A stretch of 64,000 nucleotides of DNA from a virus (IMGVR_UViG_3300034171_000062:96001-160000), one strand, 5' to 3'; counted from the first letter of the stretch, positions 30,201-40,403 are shown. Numbers and translations: made by a program. Notes: a model not told the origin generated them from the sequence alone.

Positions 30201-30270
30201 CATCAAAATCCGGTAGATCGAGCTCGTCGTCCAATTCTGACTTACTGAGATTTGGGTCTTTATCAGCCAT
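24280..30270 (-). CDS. Tape-measure-like giant tail protein (phiKZ gp181-like), about 1996 aa
   Basis: Ala/Gly-rich helical protein with YQRKSLELQYR, SITEIIPGLL, two DxYxKG...VVD..G.VV repeats, a transmembrane-like segment and RLAQYG; divergent from the gp180-like gene. Confidence 0.82.
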   Translation of the reverse strand: MADKDPNLSKSELDDELDLPDFDDSMLDGNPGKDRKPIERITGGFYEGVKRTALNSNTRRQVIDRALPKGYGKAYGDALSSVDLGQELYDTAKENIVPVKRDLKKIGRYVASKTESILPEAIQKKLEELTKPEDSSTDVLEKVDRDKLTMNAAVQEVFGDFMTEQSERNRSSQEARLKGEVRGRNILGAQLDLQYRRDQREEQTKLRQEATGEARYRTETNLLNMMRSGVERLVDYQDRITASYQRKSLELQYRQFFVARDHYSLFQSYVKQTDEQLDAITKNSALPDFLKIRTSETASSMLRQRALGRIGGFVEKKTGGFQQKLKDKLSGVTQNFAEGVRGASDTLDMVSDVPIDRAELGGDVAGGLVAENGMSALAKKLGMRLGKNESVSRLGNNLEYYSDNKSEMARDWLTNLKDREYREDGTSTVGDSIKASLAEMALGLMPGQSPEATYGRDASDLAEEAGVYTSLADKSITEIIPGLLTDLLHETEMMRTQDPTLDRRVYDYESGEVRRQSEVQKKLVERTLPAGRMASIRDDLTSIVDKLDTQDELPESARLAFTRQLLTDASKNRRFDPERYFSPQGLSEVEDEEDLVAIRNLIKGRFLREDGKFRKHDTKATSARNASARVYNSAKDDIPSYQETIGKLMPLYGARTLREAGLIEQEDRAGETRANVSNILDYINTGESPSPTSEEGGSSDAVSDPRRAFGPDTTQSDMSAGRDRTGGDAGVDSGGLDRVVGILERFVDVQQSVDPRRQFANVLDAIAKINPLKHLELNGQWLKDIYELLRNALGGPDGPSGGPSGPQDGPPKDFSKSRWARPIPQFNQQSTQRKSRWNRNQSGSLRESMSELKENGVTSMAAYRQRMETQRTRAQEGSLGLQMASGDGFTGNGGDSGTLGTQFTESTRSSVSSMSDRRQGVGDDLSNRLSSLGDSMTRSNRIESDDVRSSLPQGREAINDPRYSQAVRDVVTYLEGKLPDAGSVQSSVGGKLSALKAGAGNLSDRTQSTLSDMLGRTQDLGERVRSRSADMMTQLSDKTEQTSTLSQDFLGKVVDRVRDRLATTVESAPTGGAAGDVDESGGGDDYWTRARGLVQEILTHMDRKTEQLQETLENLTLAQMAGDSNDPGMLKRLGRGAASGLGGIMSFYGGIWKSAGNLAAGGTGMLRNLAGKMFQGKGQQGDGIMDIYIKGHKRPAMLARDLRAGRYFDQESGDVVQRLDEITGPVVDSNGDVVISEYDIDEGLLVNGEGKSVMDRLGSVVGGLTSYMTSPYRLAFGGAKKVLDIGKNWMNKPRDVYVKGEQTPRLMAVVMKNNGYLSQAAGKVIRSIKDIDGAVVDRQGNVVLTLEDMRLGLTDNRGRAIKGLLKGAGRLATGTVKGVSKYVTGTWKATGRVLKGAASLIPGVGKKGESGGGGGKKQTQLLQEIRDLLDDRLKKPLRKGGWRSQLYGDTPKALPAPSGGIAGKGALAAAGGGLGGMLKKMFGLGGGEGEGGGLGLDVGADIDIGGGERRGPRPRRRPRGRMGRMFQGIKSMGGKAIRGLGTAARFAIPTAAAAIPGIAAAAGTAASAAGGLLAGLGTAIAGIVSAPVLLAGAAVAAVGVGAYFAYQHFARKPDGPLHRVRLAQYGADPDNKDHVGKISGLEEAMGDQVQFDGKRLASLGSGIDLEEAIDDFGVDTDDEVAVSRWLTWFQERFKPVYLSHAVVAKDMIDSSDLTDTEDMDDALKRTYLRRTQFKGNQKPYGSVSPFEDMDALPGDAKVEMELTKALKTLPPATKGQQMDEAAEAEIERSNGRTPSILPDVSTGPNPSQTQKVMSVTSQQALNGRPMRSPQRPSLLAANGSAVAINSVQSGAINRSTGPVSMSEIPTEEQRLAAESAAVIQGRQTPGAQEATDRVESQRVKQEKVARQTAVQSAAASTRMVSEMQRVASILSASHTTQVSMDTSLKNIDAYFSKLREDEEDRQRRGTTASDRSSSNWTGGDGDRKTIPPAGLRLRRN

Positions 30271-30320
30271 GATCCCGCTCCTTTTAACTTGTCTCATAGG
30301 ATTCCGAAGTGGTGACCACG

Positions 30321-31949
30321 ATGGAAGAGAAACGCGCACCGTTTAATATCAAACTTTTAAAGCTAGACCCCTCTCAACTCCGCCTCCTTAAACCTATCTC
30401 CAGTTTGGATCGGTTCGACGGCGCGGGGTCGAGTAACTTTCACGAGTCGGGTTTGTTCTCGACTGAAATCTTTGGGCGAGTCGGAGACGACGCCCGAGAC
30501 AACACCTTTGCCTACATTCCGCTTAAAACCAGTATCTTGCATCCCGTTGTATATCAGCGCCTCGAACGATTGAAGCGATTGTACATTGGCATTCTGTCTG
30601 GGAAAGAATACGCGGTCTGGGACGATGTGAAGAAAGACTTCTTTCGCTCAGACGAGTTGGATGGGGAAACCGGTTACCAGTTCTTTATGGAACATTGGAA
30701 CGATCTGGTGTTCACCAAAGGCGATTCTGAAATCCGTAAACAGCGCGTGGCGTTATTGGATATGTTCCGAGGCGAATCGGTGTTGTCCAACGTGTTGGTT
30801 ATGCCAGCCGGACTTAGAGACGCTGAAATCGACAACCTGGGCCGCACTCGTGAGGATGAAATCAATTCTCACTATCAACGGTTGATTGGGATCTCTAATA
30901 CCATCGCCAAGTCAACCAAGGCGGACAGCGAGGTACTCAACACCCCAAGATACGCGTTGCAGCAAGCGTTCAACTTGGTGTACGAGACTATCGAGAACAT
31001 GCTCTCTGGTAAGAAAGGCTTCTTACAGGATAAGTGGGGCGCCCGGAAGATCTTTGATGGTACTCGAAATGTCATCTCCTCAATGGACATCTCAGCGCCG
31101 GATCTGAACTCGGACAACTACCCAGGACCGGACGACACCGTGATGGGGTTGTGGCAGGTCTCTCGGGGTGCCTTACCGGTGACCATCGCTCGACTGCGCC
31201 AGAATATCCTCAGCAACATTTTTGGGGACGCCGAAGGCAGTGTGCGTCTTGTCGACACTAAGACGTTGGAACCTGAGTTCGTTCAGATATCTCCGCAAAC
31301 GTACGACCGGTGGACCACGACTGAAGGGTTGGAGAAGGTCATCGGAATGCAGTCGATGGTCGGTATCCGGGCTAAACCTGTGTTGGTGGAAGGACGGTAC
31401 TTGACGTTGGTGTACAAACCTAAGGACAGGTTGGTCTTCAAGTTGTTCAACGACATCAACGAATTACCTAAAGGCGCTGAGAAGAAAGACGTGCATCCCA
31501 TCACGTACGAAGAGTTGATCTACTTGTGTAACTATCAAGGATGGAACGACTTGCGGGTGGTCACAACACGGTACCCGGTTACTGGGGAAGGCAGTACGTA
31601 TCCGTCTCGGGTGTTCGTTCGTACTACGGTTAAGACCGAGGCGCGTGTGGAACTGGGGATGGACTGGGAAGAGATGGACGCTGAAGACAATACGGCACAC
31701 GTCTACCCGGTGTTCGATCCCGAGTCCTACATAGATTCGTCTATGGTTCATCCATATCGTCTCAGCGGTTTGAGTGGCGATTACGATGGGGACATGGTGT
31801 CCAACAACATTCTGTACACACAAGAAGCCATCGAAGAAACAGACAACTACCTTAATTCCCCAGGGGCCCACATCGATCCAGCCGGTGGCTTAAGAGCCAG
31901 TGCGGCGATAGATACGACTAATCTCGTAATGTACAACATGACAGGGTAA
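30321..31949 (+). CDS. Virion RNA polymerase beta'-like catalytic subunit (phiKZ gp180-like)
   Basis: GLFSTEIFG, LSGKKG, RYP and the catalytic DxDGD motif (SGDYDGD). Confidence 0.92.
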   Translation: MEEKRAPFNIKLLKLDPSQLRLLKPISSLDRFDGAGSSNFHESGLFSTEIFGRVGDDARDNTFAYIPLKTSILHPVVYQRLERLKRLYIGILSGKEYAVWDDVKKDFFRSDELDGETGYQFFMEHWNDLVFTKGDSEIRKQRVALLDMFRGESVLSNVLVMPAGLRDAEIDNLGRTREDEINSHYQRLIGISNTIAKSTKADSEVLNTPRYALQQAFNLVYETIENMLSGKKGFLQDKWGARKIFDGTRNVISSMDISAPDLNSDNYPGPDDTVMGLWQVSRGALPVTIARLRQNILSNIFGDAEGSVRLVDTKTLEPEFVQISPQTYDRWTTTEGLEKVIGMQSMVGIRAKPVLVEGRYLTLVYKPKDRLVFKLFNDINELPKGAEKKDVHPITYEELIYLCNYQGWNDLRVVTTRYPVTGEGSTYPSRVFVRTTVKTEARVELGMDWEEMDAEDNTAHVYPVFDPESYIDSSMVHPYRLSGLSGDYDGDMVSNNILYTQEAIEETDNYLNSPGAHIDPAGGLRASAAIDTTNLVMYNMTG

Positions 31950-31984
31950 TATCCCACCTTGGCTTAAACCGTTCGGAGTGTGTT

Positions 31985-34900
31985 ATGCAACCGTATGCAA
32001 CTTTTTACCGCCAGCACGGGGTGAGACTGAAAGATCACGTGGTCTCACCGCCGTTTGCGGACCTGAATCAACTGGTACTGCCAAAAGACAGCCTGATCCA
32101 TCATCTGAGTATGGATGACGTGGCCCTAGGTCCCGAGCCAGACGATGCGTTGTTTAAGTATCACGACGGTCGGGTCTTGGTTGAACACATCCAAGAACTG
32201 GCTCAGCCCATAGGCGGCCCTCGGGCAGATCGGTCTACCCCCGCCAGTGCTCTGAACAGAAACTATCACCGCCGTTATCGGACCATGAGACCACTGCACG
32301 ACTTCGACAAGTCTCTGCGCGACCCTCGGTCTCTGATCGTTGAGAACTACGCCCACTTGAACCACCTGTGGCAGTACATGCGATCGATTTACGCTGGGTA
32401 TTACAAGTGGCGCAACATCGTCAGCACTATGATCAACGTCATGAACCTCCGGTGTGAGAACAACGACCGACAGCACTTTGTCATGGTTACGTTACCCAAC
32501 CGTCTTCCAAATCTGGCCATGTTGAAAAAGGCCAGCGCTGGTTACAAAGGCATGCCTAAAGCAATGCTGGAAGTCTTTGCCAGACCCGAACAGTTATTGT
32601 TGATGGAGTTGTGGACCTGGCTGGGAGAAACCAAAGATCAATCTCTCTTCAGTGCCCTCAAGGCGGAGAACTACAAGAAGATCAACTTGGTCTACGTGGA
32701 AAGTGGACAGTGGTTTGCTCTGAACATCGGTACCTTGTTGGAACTCTTCGGAGAAGAAGCTGAGGGCGAAAGCGATGGTTCAACCCAACTCCAGCGGTAC
32801 TTCTTACGAATGATGATCGCGGTCTTTGAACGGCGCACACAGATCGTTCAAGCCGATAACGAGGACGAGGGAGAAGTGGGTAATCCAGCAGACGGGGTAG
32901 ACGCCACTCAACCTAAGACCAATCCTCAAGACATAGACGACGAGTCGATCGATGCCGATTTGGCGCAGTTGGATAAGTTGTCGGAAAATATCCCCGAAGG
33001 CGACGAACGGCGTCCGGCGGACACGCGACCGTTAGATCCGAACGAAGCCATTCTGGCCCGGGTTACCCAGATGACGGAAGAAGGACGTCTCTCCCCGGCA
33101 CAGCAACGACGTTTCAACACCCTGGTGGAGAAATCCAAGAACCTACCCAACCCCTACGGCGAAGGGTCCTTGGACGAGTATCGAGAGGTCAGTGTAAAAG
33201 ACCTACAGCTCGATCCCAAGATGATCAAGATGCCGAAGATGGCGGGTGTCACAGACGAGTCCATGTTGGAAAGTACCTTGTTGGCGTTCGACAGTCAGTA
33301 TTTGACCAGCGTCTTCAATAAAGACGTGATCAACTCGGCGATGGCGGTTCAGCAAGCGGGCGTTATTGTAACCGACTACGACGTAGAGACCATCGAAGAC
33401 GCAGCGAACCATTATCAACTGGTGACCATGCGTTTAACCCCGGTGGATGGGGAGCCCTCGACAATCCGATTCCGAGTACCGGTGGTGGATGCGACGGGTG
33501 TGTTTGTGGCTAATAACGTCAAGTATCGCCTGCGCAAACAACGGGGCGACAAGCCCATTCGTAAGACTTCCCCCTCGGAAGTGTCGCTGACGTCTTACTA
33601 CGCCACGGCGTTTGTAGAACGGTCACAGAAGAGTGTAGTTAACTATCCTAAGTGGCTGTGTAAGCAGATTGAAGTAAAGGGAATGGACGACGAAGATTCC
33701 ATGGTTCAAAATCTGAAGCACATCAGGACGTTTGTTTCGGACGTTAAGTTGCCGCGTATTTACACCATCTTGGCTCAATCGTTCCGGGAGTTTACTGTGG
33801 GTGGGAAACACCGCATCTACTTGGACCATCAACGCCGGATCAAGGAATTTGGGGAGGACACGGTCACGTCGGTCGAGAAGGATGGATTTGTCATGGTGGG
33901 TACCTCCGACGGTAAACCGATGGTGGTGGATGAGTCCAACACGTTCTACGTGGTTAATGGGAAGGAGTATGTGGTCCTAGGACGGATTGAAGACCTGATG
34001 GAGTTAGACGCCACTAAAGCGCCTACGGAGATTGCGGAGTTTCGTCTGTTCAAAAAGACCCTGCCCGTAGGGATAATGTTGGGTCACCGTATTGGTCTCA
34101 CTCGTCTGATGGCGTTGTTAGAAGTAGAGCCCCGCCGGGTGTCGGTCGGTCAACGGGTGTCTGTCTCAGCCGACGAGTACGCCCTACGGTTTGCCGATGA
34201 GACCTTGATCTTTAATCGGGAAGACCAAAAGGCTCAGCTGGTATTGGCGGGGTTTAATCGGTACCATCGTAGTATCAAGCGATACAACGTGGACACCTTC
34301 GACGACCCTGACGTGTATGTGAACGTCATGGAAGACAACGGCATCCGAGTAGGCTTTAGTCGGGAACTGGAATTGGCGATGGACATGTTTGTCGATCCCA
34401 TCACGAAAGACTTACTGGTGGAGATGGGGGAACCTACCACGCTGGAAGGACTGTTGGTGCGGTCGTGCGAGCTGTTGATGATCGATTGGCATCCGGATGA
34501 AACCGATCTGAACTTCATGCGCATTCGTGGGTATGAGCGGATGGCTGGTGCGGTGTACAACGAGTTGCTGAAAGGCGTTCGTCGTTATCGGTCTCGGGGT
34601 GTGGGCAGTGCGGCTAAGATTGACATCAATCCGGAAGCGGTGTGGATGGCGATCAATCAAGACGCCAGTATCTCTCAGATCGAGGAATCCAACCCTATCC
34701 AGAACCTGAAGGAAAAGGAACTGGTTACCTACTTGGGGACCGGTGGACGTTCCACGCGCAGCATGGTCAAACACACTCGAGCCTTTCACGAAAGTGACAT
34801 GGGTGTGATCTCCGAAGCCACGGTGGATTCTGGGGCCGTGGGGGTGAACGCGTACCTGAGTGCTAATCCACAATTTCAAAATCTGCGAGGCACCACCGAC

Positions 34901-36487
34901 AAGTACGAAAAAGGTAAGACCGGCAGCAGCTCTATGATCAGCACCTCGGCCTTATTGGCACCGGCGGCCGACGTCGACGATCCAAAGCGTGTTAACCTTA
35001 GCACCTTCGCGAGGTAACTCGCGTCGAATAACTTCCCTAAAACGGGGAACCCTCTTAACAGAGACAATCCGTTGCGAAGTCCCTCACGAGGGATGCGCTC
35101 AACGGCCATCGAAAGCTGCGGCCCGCTGGTGGGTTCAGTGACATCCGTATAGAACCGGGTGGTCGCCTTAGGGCGATTAAAGCAAGTAGAGTACAGCCCA
35201 AGCGATTGGGGTTCAGGTCTGGGGTAATCACCCACTAATGCCTGATTAAATGGAAACGGGAAGCTTCCTGATACACTCAGGAAGATGAGATGGTCTGACC
35301 CTTACGGTAACGTAGGGCGGGTGCCTAAGCGCACCGGCTTCGAGTAGCGATCGAAGTGGACATAGTGTAATTTTATCTCAATTCAAAACACTCACGTGAT
35401 CCCAGCGGAAGGGTATCGCCCGAGTCCTCTGCGCACTGGGTACGAACGGATGATCCCCCATCGAGTGGACGATCTGTTTGCGTACACGGCTAAACAAGAC
35501 GGGGAGATCACTAAGAAGGACAAATACCACGTCACCGTGACCTACAAGGACGGGTCGGAAGTAAAGGTCGAACTAGGGCGCCGTTATGGCACAGTGCCTG
35601 GTACCACCATTCCACACGACGTCGTGTGCGATTTGAACGTTGGGGCGAAGGTAAAGGAAGGCGATGCCATCTCTTACAACGCTGGGTTCTTTGAAACCGA
35701 TCCCTTGAATCCAAATCAGGTACTGATGCGAACAGGCATCATGGCCAAGACCGCGATTGTGGAACGGTCCCACACCTGGGAGGACGCCTCGGTGATCTCT
35801 GAGAAATTGGCGGAGAAACTGGGCACTAAGATAACGAAGATTAGGACGATCTTTGTGCGCTTCGATCAGACGATTCGAAACCTAGTGTCTCCTGGGACCA
35901 ACGTCGATTTGGAAACTATCCTATGTACGATTGAGGACGCCGTTACTGCAAACAACGATTTGTTCGATGAAGAAAGTCTTGACAGCCTGCGTATGATGTC
36001 GTCTAACACGCCGAAAGCCAAAATCTCGGGCGCCGTGGAACGAGTGGAAGTTTTCTACCACGGCGATTACGAAGACATGTCTGAGTCTTTGTTGACCATT
36101 GCTAAAGTGGCCGATAAAGAACGCATCAAGCGACTGAAGGCTTTGGGTAAAACTCAAACGTCTGGACAAGTGGACGGCAACGTGCGGGTCGAAAAAGATC
36201 CGTTGGAGTTGGACAGCATGGCGATTCGAGTGTACATCACTCAGCGTCTTGGGGCAGGTGTAGGCGACAAAGGCGTTTTGGGTAATCAGATGAAGACGGT
36301 CTTCAGTAATGTGATGACCGGCGAAAACCAAACCGAGAGTGGGGTGGAGTTGGATGCGATGTTCAGTTATTTGTCGATAAGTAACCGTATCATTCTCAGT
36401 CCGGAAGTAATGGGTACTACTAACACACTTCTTCGAATTATGTCTAAGAAAGTGGCCGAACGCTATTTCTCCAAGAAGGGGCAATGA
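31985..36487 (+). CDS. Virion RNA polymerase beta-like subunit (phiKZ gp178-like), spliced join(31985..34992,35368..36487), 1375 aa
   Basis: Removing 34993-35367 gives in-frame DDPKRV|NFISIQNTHVIP; exon 2 carries RpoB-like TWEDA and GVGDK...NQMK motifs. Confidence 0.92.
34993..35367 (+). mobile_element. Group I self-splicing intron (IA-like), no homing endonuclease ORF
   Basis: Exon ends in U paired with G in P1 (GUGU-UAA/UUA-GCAC); intron ends in G; P3 CUUCCC/GGGAAG, P4 AACGG/CCGUU, P7 GGCCA/UGGUC; S-like GAUGAGAUGGUCU. Confidence 0.9.
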
Positions 36488-36490
36488 TCA

Positions 36491-36706
36491 ATGAGTAACA
36501 CTGAAGAAATGAAAACGCGGGAATACGAGACCGCTGCGGTCTTGTCGAACGCGGTGCAGGCCGGGGCAAACGTCATCCGTCGAGTAGCGGGTAACGACAT
36601 CGCGGATGGCTTTAACGGGGAGCAAATCAGCGGGGACGAACTCCACGCCACACTGACTGCTAAACTCAACAGCTACCTGAAGAACTCGACCGGAGGTCAG
36701 AAATGA
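36491..36706 (+). CDS. Small hypothetical protein
   Basis: Packed between the RNAP gene and 36703; overlaps the next start codon. Confidence 0.7.
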   Translation: MSNTEEMKTREYETAAVLSNAVQAGANVIRRVAGNDIADGFNGEQISGDELHATLTAKLNSYLKNSTGGQK

Positions 36707-38151
36707 TTACCGAGAAAGCATTGATGGCGATCTCTCCCCTGGCTCGGCAACTTTCGGACGCCGGTCAGAACCTCTCAGCGGCAGCCGGAACTCCGCTTGG
36801 CGGATTGGTTGCAGCGAATCTGTCGGCAGCGGCGTACGCGCTGGCTGGGTCACCAGACTCACCCATTCCCACCGGGATGTTGTTGGACGATTCTAAACGC
36901 CGGGGACCGTCTGGGGACATCGAACACGACGAAGCCATGAAGGAACTGGTAGGACTGGCCTCTGAGGCAGTCTTGGGTAACTTCCACACTGCACGTAACG
37001 TGGTGATCCCTACGGTAAAATCGGTACACACCGCGTACACCGATGTTCTGCGCGGAATGGAAATTGACGCCAAGCAACCGGTCTCCATTATCCCCAACGT
37101 TTACCACGACGTCTGGAACAGCCCGCAACTTCAAGGGTTGGTTGATCGATTTGAGAACGTGGCCCTGAACGACGCGAAGGTAACGGTTTCTCTGCCAATG
37201 ATCGACGGCGCCTCTTTGATGGAGATGCTGAAGACCGGGATCGATTCGTTTGATTCTCAGATAGAGGATTGGTTCGAGAACCAACCGGTCGATAAGCCGT
37301 TGGCCACGTACCGCAAAGTCTTCATTGACGGTGCTCCAGTGGGTCGTCAGACCAATGCCATACACATAACTCCAGTGGGCGAGTTGGATCGCAACGACCT
37401 GCTGTTGGTGTTCCTCATCGCCAGTAACTTCGAAGAGCATCTCCCTGAAGGGATTACGGTGGATCTAAGCAGTCTGCGGTTGGTGTTGGCGCGGGTGCGT
37501 GAGCAAGCGGGTCGAGCGATTGGCGCTGAGTTCAAACGTCGCGATCGGGATCGTCAGATTAAGAACCTGGTGTACCGAGTAGCAAAGTACGACTGGGAAT
37601 ACACCAACGACGGCCGCACTACAGTGATGGTCAACAACGACGTGTACAAAGCGTTCTTGGAAGAAGGTGGGTCTCCGGAAGCGATTTACGGAGCCGTTGT
37701 CTCGGGTGGGTCGACTGAGTACCACTCATTGGTGGAGAACAAAGACCTCAACGAACGGCGTTGGGCTAAGAGTGCGGCCATGCATGCGCAAAAGGTGGCG
37801 GCTCAAATTTACACCAGTCAGCGCGAAGCGGTTCGGGTGGCGATGACAAAGCACATCAACGCTCAAGCCGATGAAGACCTGCCCATGGGTAAAACGGAAC
37901 TGCATCAGCGGGTGTTGACTGTCCTGGGGAAAATGAACCCAAAGGACTTCAGCGACGACCTGACCGCGGTTCGTTGGGTGGTGTGTGATGTGCTGTTTGC
38001 TCACACCAACGTGAAGATGGTCCTGGACGCTATGGACACCGCTGAGATTGAAAACCCAGACATGTCAGCGCGCGAATGCGCTTTGATGTCGGTGATCGAT
38101 TTGGTTGCTCGGTGGATGGCGGCTCAAATTAACGTTAAATACGGTAAATGA
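36703..38151 (+). CDS. Conserved phiKZ-like protein (gp177-like)
   Basis: 482 aa, GGAGG RBS, gp178-177-176-175 gene order. Confidence 0.65.
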   Translation: MITEKALMAISPLARQLSDAGQNLSAAAGTPLGGLVAANLSAAAYALAGSPDSPIPTGMLLDDSKRRGPSGDIEHDEAMKELVGLASEAVLGNFHTARNVVIPTVKSVHTAYTDVLRGMEIDAKQPVSIIPNVYHDVWNSPQLQGLVDRFENVALNDAKVTVSLPMIDGASLMEMLKTGIDSFDSQIEDWFENQPVDKPLATYRKVFIDGAPVGRQTNAIHITPVGELDRNDLLLVFLIASNFEEHLPEGITVDLSSLRLVLARVREQAGRAIGAEFKRRDRDRQIKNLVYRVAKYDWEYTNDGRTTVMVNNDVYKAFLEEGGSPEAIYGAVVSGGSTEYHSLVENKDLNERRWAKSAAMHAQKVAAQIYTSQREAVRVAMTKHINAQADEDLPMGKTELHQRVLTVLGKMNPKDFSDDLTAVRWVVCDVLFAHTNVKMVLDAMDTAEIENPDMSARECALMSVIDLVARWMAAQINVKYGK

Positions 38152-38159
38152 GGTGAGAC

Positions 38160-38876
38160 ATGAACCTGACTGAGTTGGAACGTGACCCAGTACGGGTTCA
38201 GTCGCATCTGCGTGAAGTCGATGACGGGTCGGTGGTGGCTAAGAAACCCATCAAGTTGTATATACCGACCCGCTTTCGAGATAAGCACCTGGCAACTATG
38301 GGTAACGAAACCTACGTACTGGGTATCTTCATGCTGACGGTGGAAGACCGCTACTACGCGGTCAACAACATCAACGCCATGATGCGCATTGAACCGTCCT
38401 CCGTAAACACCGTTGTCTTGAACGAGAAAGACCATTACGAGTTTGTCTTCGAAGCGGGTGACGTGGTCTTCGCGTCTACTCAATTGGTCAATAACGATAA
38501 GTTGCTTTACTACATCTTTGATGAGATCGTAGCGAAAGGTAACGTGCCGGTCTATTTGGACTACTTGGACTTAGGGCGCCTGTTCGATTCGGCTCCCAAA
38601 CACGCTGGTGTGACCTTGGCCAGCACACCAACCATCTTGCACATGCTGTTGTCAGTGGTGGCCCGTGATCCGGATAACTTAAGTCAGTTCTTCCGTCAGG
38701 TCACTAACGGTAAAGACTTTGCAAGGGCGAAGTTTGTGCAGTTGCGCTCCAGTACACACGGGGCCAATAACACCACCGCTCGTTTATTGGGTTCTCACTT
38801 CTCGGACAACTTAACCAGTGCGTTGATCAATCCGGCCGACCGTGAGGAAAACATCGAACGCATTCTACGTATGTAA
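38160..38876 (+). CDS. Conserved phiKZ-like protein (gp176-like)
   Basis: 238 aa, immediately upstream of the protease gene. Confidence 0.65.
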   Translation: MNLTELERDPVRVQSHLREVDDGSVVAKKPIKLYIPTRFRDKHLATMGNETYVLGIFMLTVEDRYYAVNNINAMMRIEPSSVNTVVLNEKDHYEFVFEAGDVVFASTQLVNNDKLLYYIFDEIVAKGNVPVYLDYLDLGRLFDSAPKHAGVTLASTPTILHMLLSVVARDPDNLSQFFRQVTNGKDFARAKFVQLRSSTHGANNTTARLLGSHFSDNLTSALINPADREENIERILRM

Positions 38877-38888
38877 GGAACAGGTATT

Positions 38889-39650
38889 ATGGCCGAACGT
38901 GTCATGTTCAATAACACGATCCTGAAAGGGATCAACAAAGGCGGCATTCTCAAGCCAGACGAGAACGGCTATTACGACATGGTACTGGGTGCGCTGGGCG
39001 TGATGAACAGCGCTGGGGAACAGTACGTCAACACTGCCACTGCACGTAGTACCTTCGAACAGAACGGTACCTTGATGCGCCGGATCAATCAAGGATTGCT
39101 GCGCGGGGAATACGGACATCCAGACCCAGCCGACAGCCCCAACTTCTTGGCGTTCGAATCCCGCGTGCGGAAGATCAAAGAAGACCGCATCTCACACCAC
39201 ATCTCAAAAGTGTGGTTGGAGGAGATTGAGTACAAGGGTAAGAAGGTACTGGGAATCTTGGGAAAGGTCAAACCGTGCGGGCCTCATGGGAAGGCATTGG
39301 AAGACTCCATCACCAACCCAGAAGAGAACGTGACTTTCTCGGGCCGGTACTATTCCAACGTCGGTAATGTCAGTGGCATTCGACAGCGTGAGATCCACAC
39401 CGTGGCCACGTGGGACTTCGTCTCTGAGCCGGGCATTGAGTGTGCGAACAAGTACGCCTCGCCGTCGCTGGAGTCTATGGGTGACATGCTCATCGATGTT
39501 GAGCACATGCAGGCCGCGGTGGCTCACGAAGAAGCCAATCGCGAACTGGCGATGTCGATGGAGTCGTCTGGGATCACCGCTAAGGATCTGATGAAGGACT
39601 TGGGCTTCCAACCTAAGATGCGCAGCAACCACAGTTACATGGAGTGGTAA
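38889..39650 (+). CDS. Prohead maturation protease (phiKZ gp175-like)
   Basis: GEYGHP, ISHHI, TFSGR and TWDFVSEPG motifs of T4 gp21-type proteases; C-terminal SLE and SME possible autocleavage sites. Confidence 0.88.
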   Translation: MAERVMFNNTILKGINKGGILKPDENGYYDMVLGALGVMNSAGEQYVNTATARSTFEQNGTLMRRINQGLLRGEYGHPDPADSPNFLAFESRVRKIKEDRISHHISKVWLEEIEYKGKKVLGILGKVKPCGPHGKALEDSITNPEENVTFSGRYYSNVGNVSGIRQREIHTVATWDFVSEPGIECANKYASPSLESMGDMLIDVEHMQAAVAHEEANRELAMSMESSGITAKDLMKDLGFQPKMRSNHSYMEW

Positions 39651-39651
39651 C

Positions 39652-40362
39652 ATGTCTCTTGAAGAAGAGGTTCTATCTCGGATTCCAGAGCGGCTACGCA
39701 AACACGTAGAAGTAATGACGACTGAAACCCTCGGTCAGGACATGGTGTATCACGTCAGCGACAACAAGCGATTGAAAGTCTTTCACCCAAACGTCTCAAA
39801 TCGACAATTGGGCAGTGAGGATCGATCGATTCCACGCATCTCTACGTCTGAGTATTTGACTGGATGCATTGCTGGACACGACGCGACAGACTACATGTTC
39901 CAATGTTCTGATTTTGATGGACTCTTCAAGGTGTATGGGATTCCCTTTGAAATTGCGGTGAAGCCAAAGGCTGCTCTGGTGGCCGATGGTCCGCAAACGG
40001 GGGAACGGTGGTTGATTACTTATGACCAAAAAACCGAAGAGTACCCGGCCGTTGAAGTGGCTGAGTTCACTTACATCAAAGTCAGCTACGTGCGACAGAA
40101 GTCGACGATGGAGGCTGAGTTTCTATTGAAAGTCACTCATCCAGACGGACTGCGTCTTAGTAAGAAACAGCATCTAGGGATTGGGTTCTATCGCATCGTA
40201 GGTACCTCGCCGCGGGTCTACAAGAAACGCAGTTCGACGCGTGCGCCCATGGCGATCGATTCTGTAGAACCCCTAACTGCCGCCGAGTACCGAAAGGAAA
40301 AGTCGGAAAAGGGTGTTGTCTCCATGGAGACAAAGAGTCCGTGCAACTGGCTTACTTGGTGA
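39652..40362 (+). CDS. Conserved protein (phiKZ gp174-like)
   Basis: YHVS, EDRSIPRIST and TGERWL motifs; synteny. Confidence 0.65.
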   Translation: MSLEEEVLSRIPERLRKHVEVMTTETLGQDMVYHVSDNKRLKVFHPNVSNRQLGSEDRSIPRISTSEYLTGCIAGHDATDYMFQCSDFDGLFKVYGIPFEIAVKPKAALVADGPQTGERWLITYDQKTEEYPAVEVAEFTYIKVSYVRQKSTMEAEFLLKVTHPDGLRLSKKQHLGIGFYRIVGTSPRVYKKRSSTRAPMAIDSVEPLTAAEYRKEKSEKGVVSMETKSPCNWLTW

Positions 40363-40364
40363 GC

Positions 40365-40403
40365 CGGCATAGGGGAAGGGCAAGTGCCCTTCCCTTTTAT
40401 GCC
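40365..40403. terminator. Bidirectional hairpin with TATGCC on both strands
   Basis: CGGCATA-GGGGAAGGGC-AAGT-GCCCTTCCC-TTTTATGCC between convergent genes. Confidence 0.8.

Noticed and set aside
34876-35235. 119-aa minus-strand ORF as an intron homing endonuclease
   Set aside because: It is antisense, overlaps the exon, and has no HNH, GIY-YIG or LAGLIDADG motif.
35396-36487. Separate 363-aa RNAP gene starting at GTG 35396
   Set aside because: It has no RBS, and the frame extends upstream to the intron 3' splice site at 35368, so it is exon 2.
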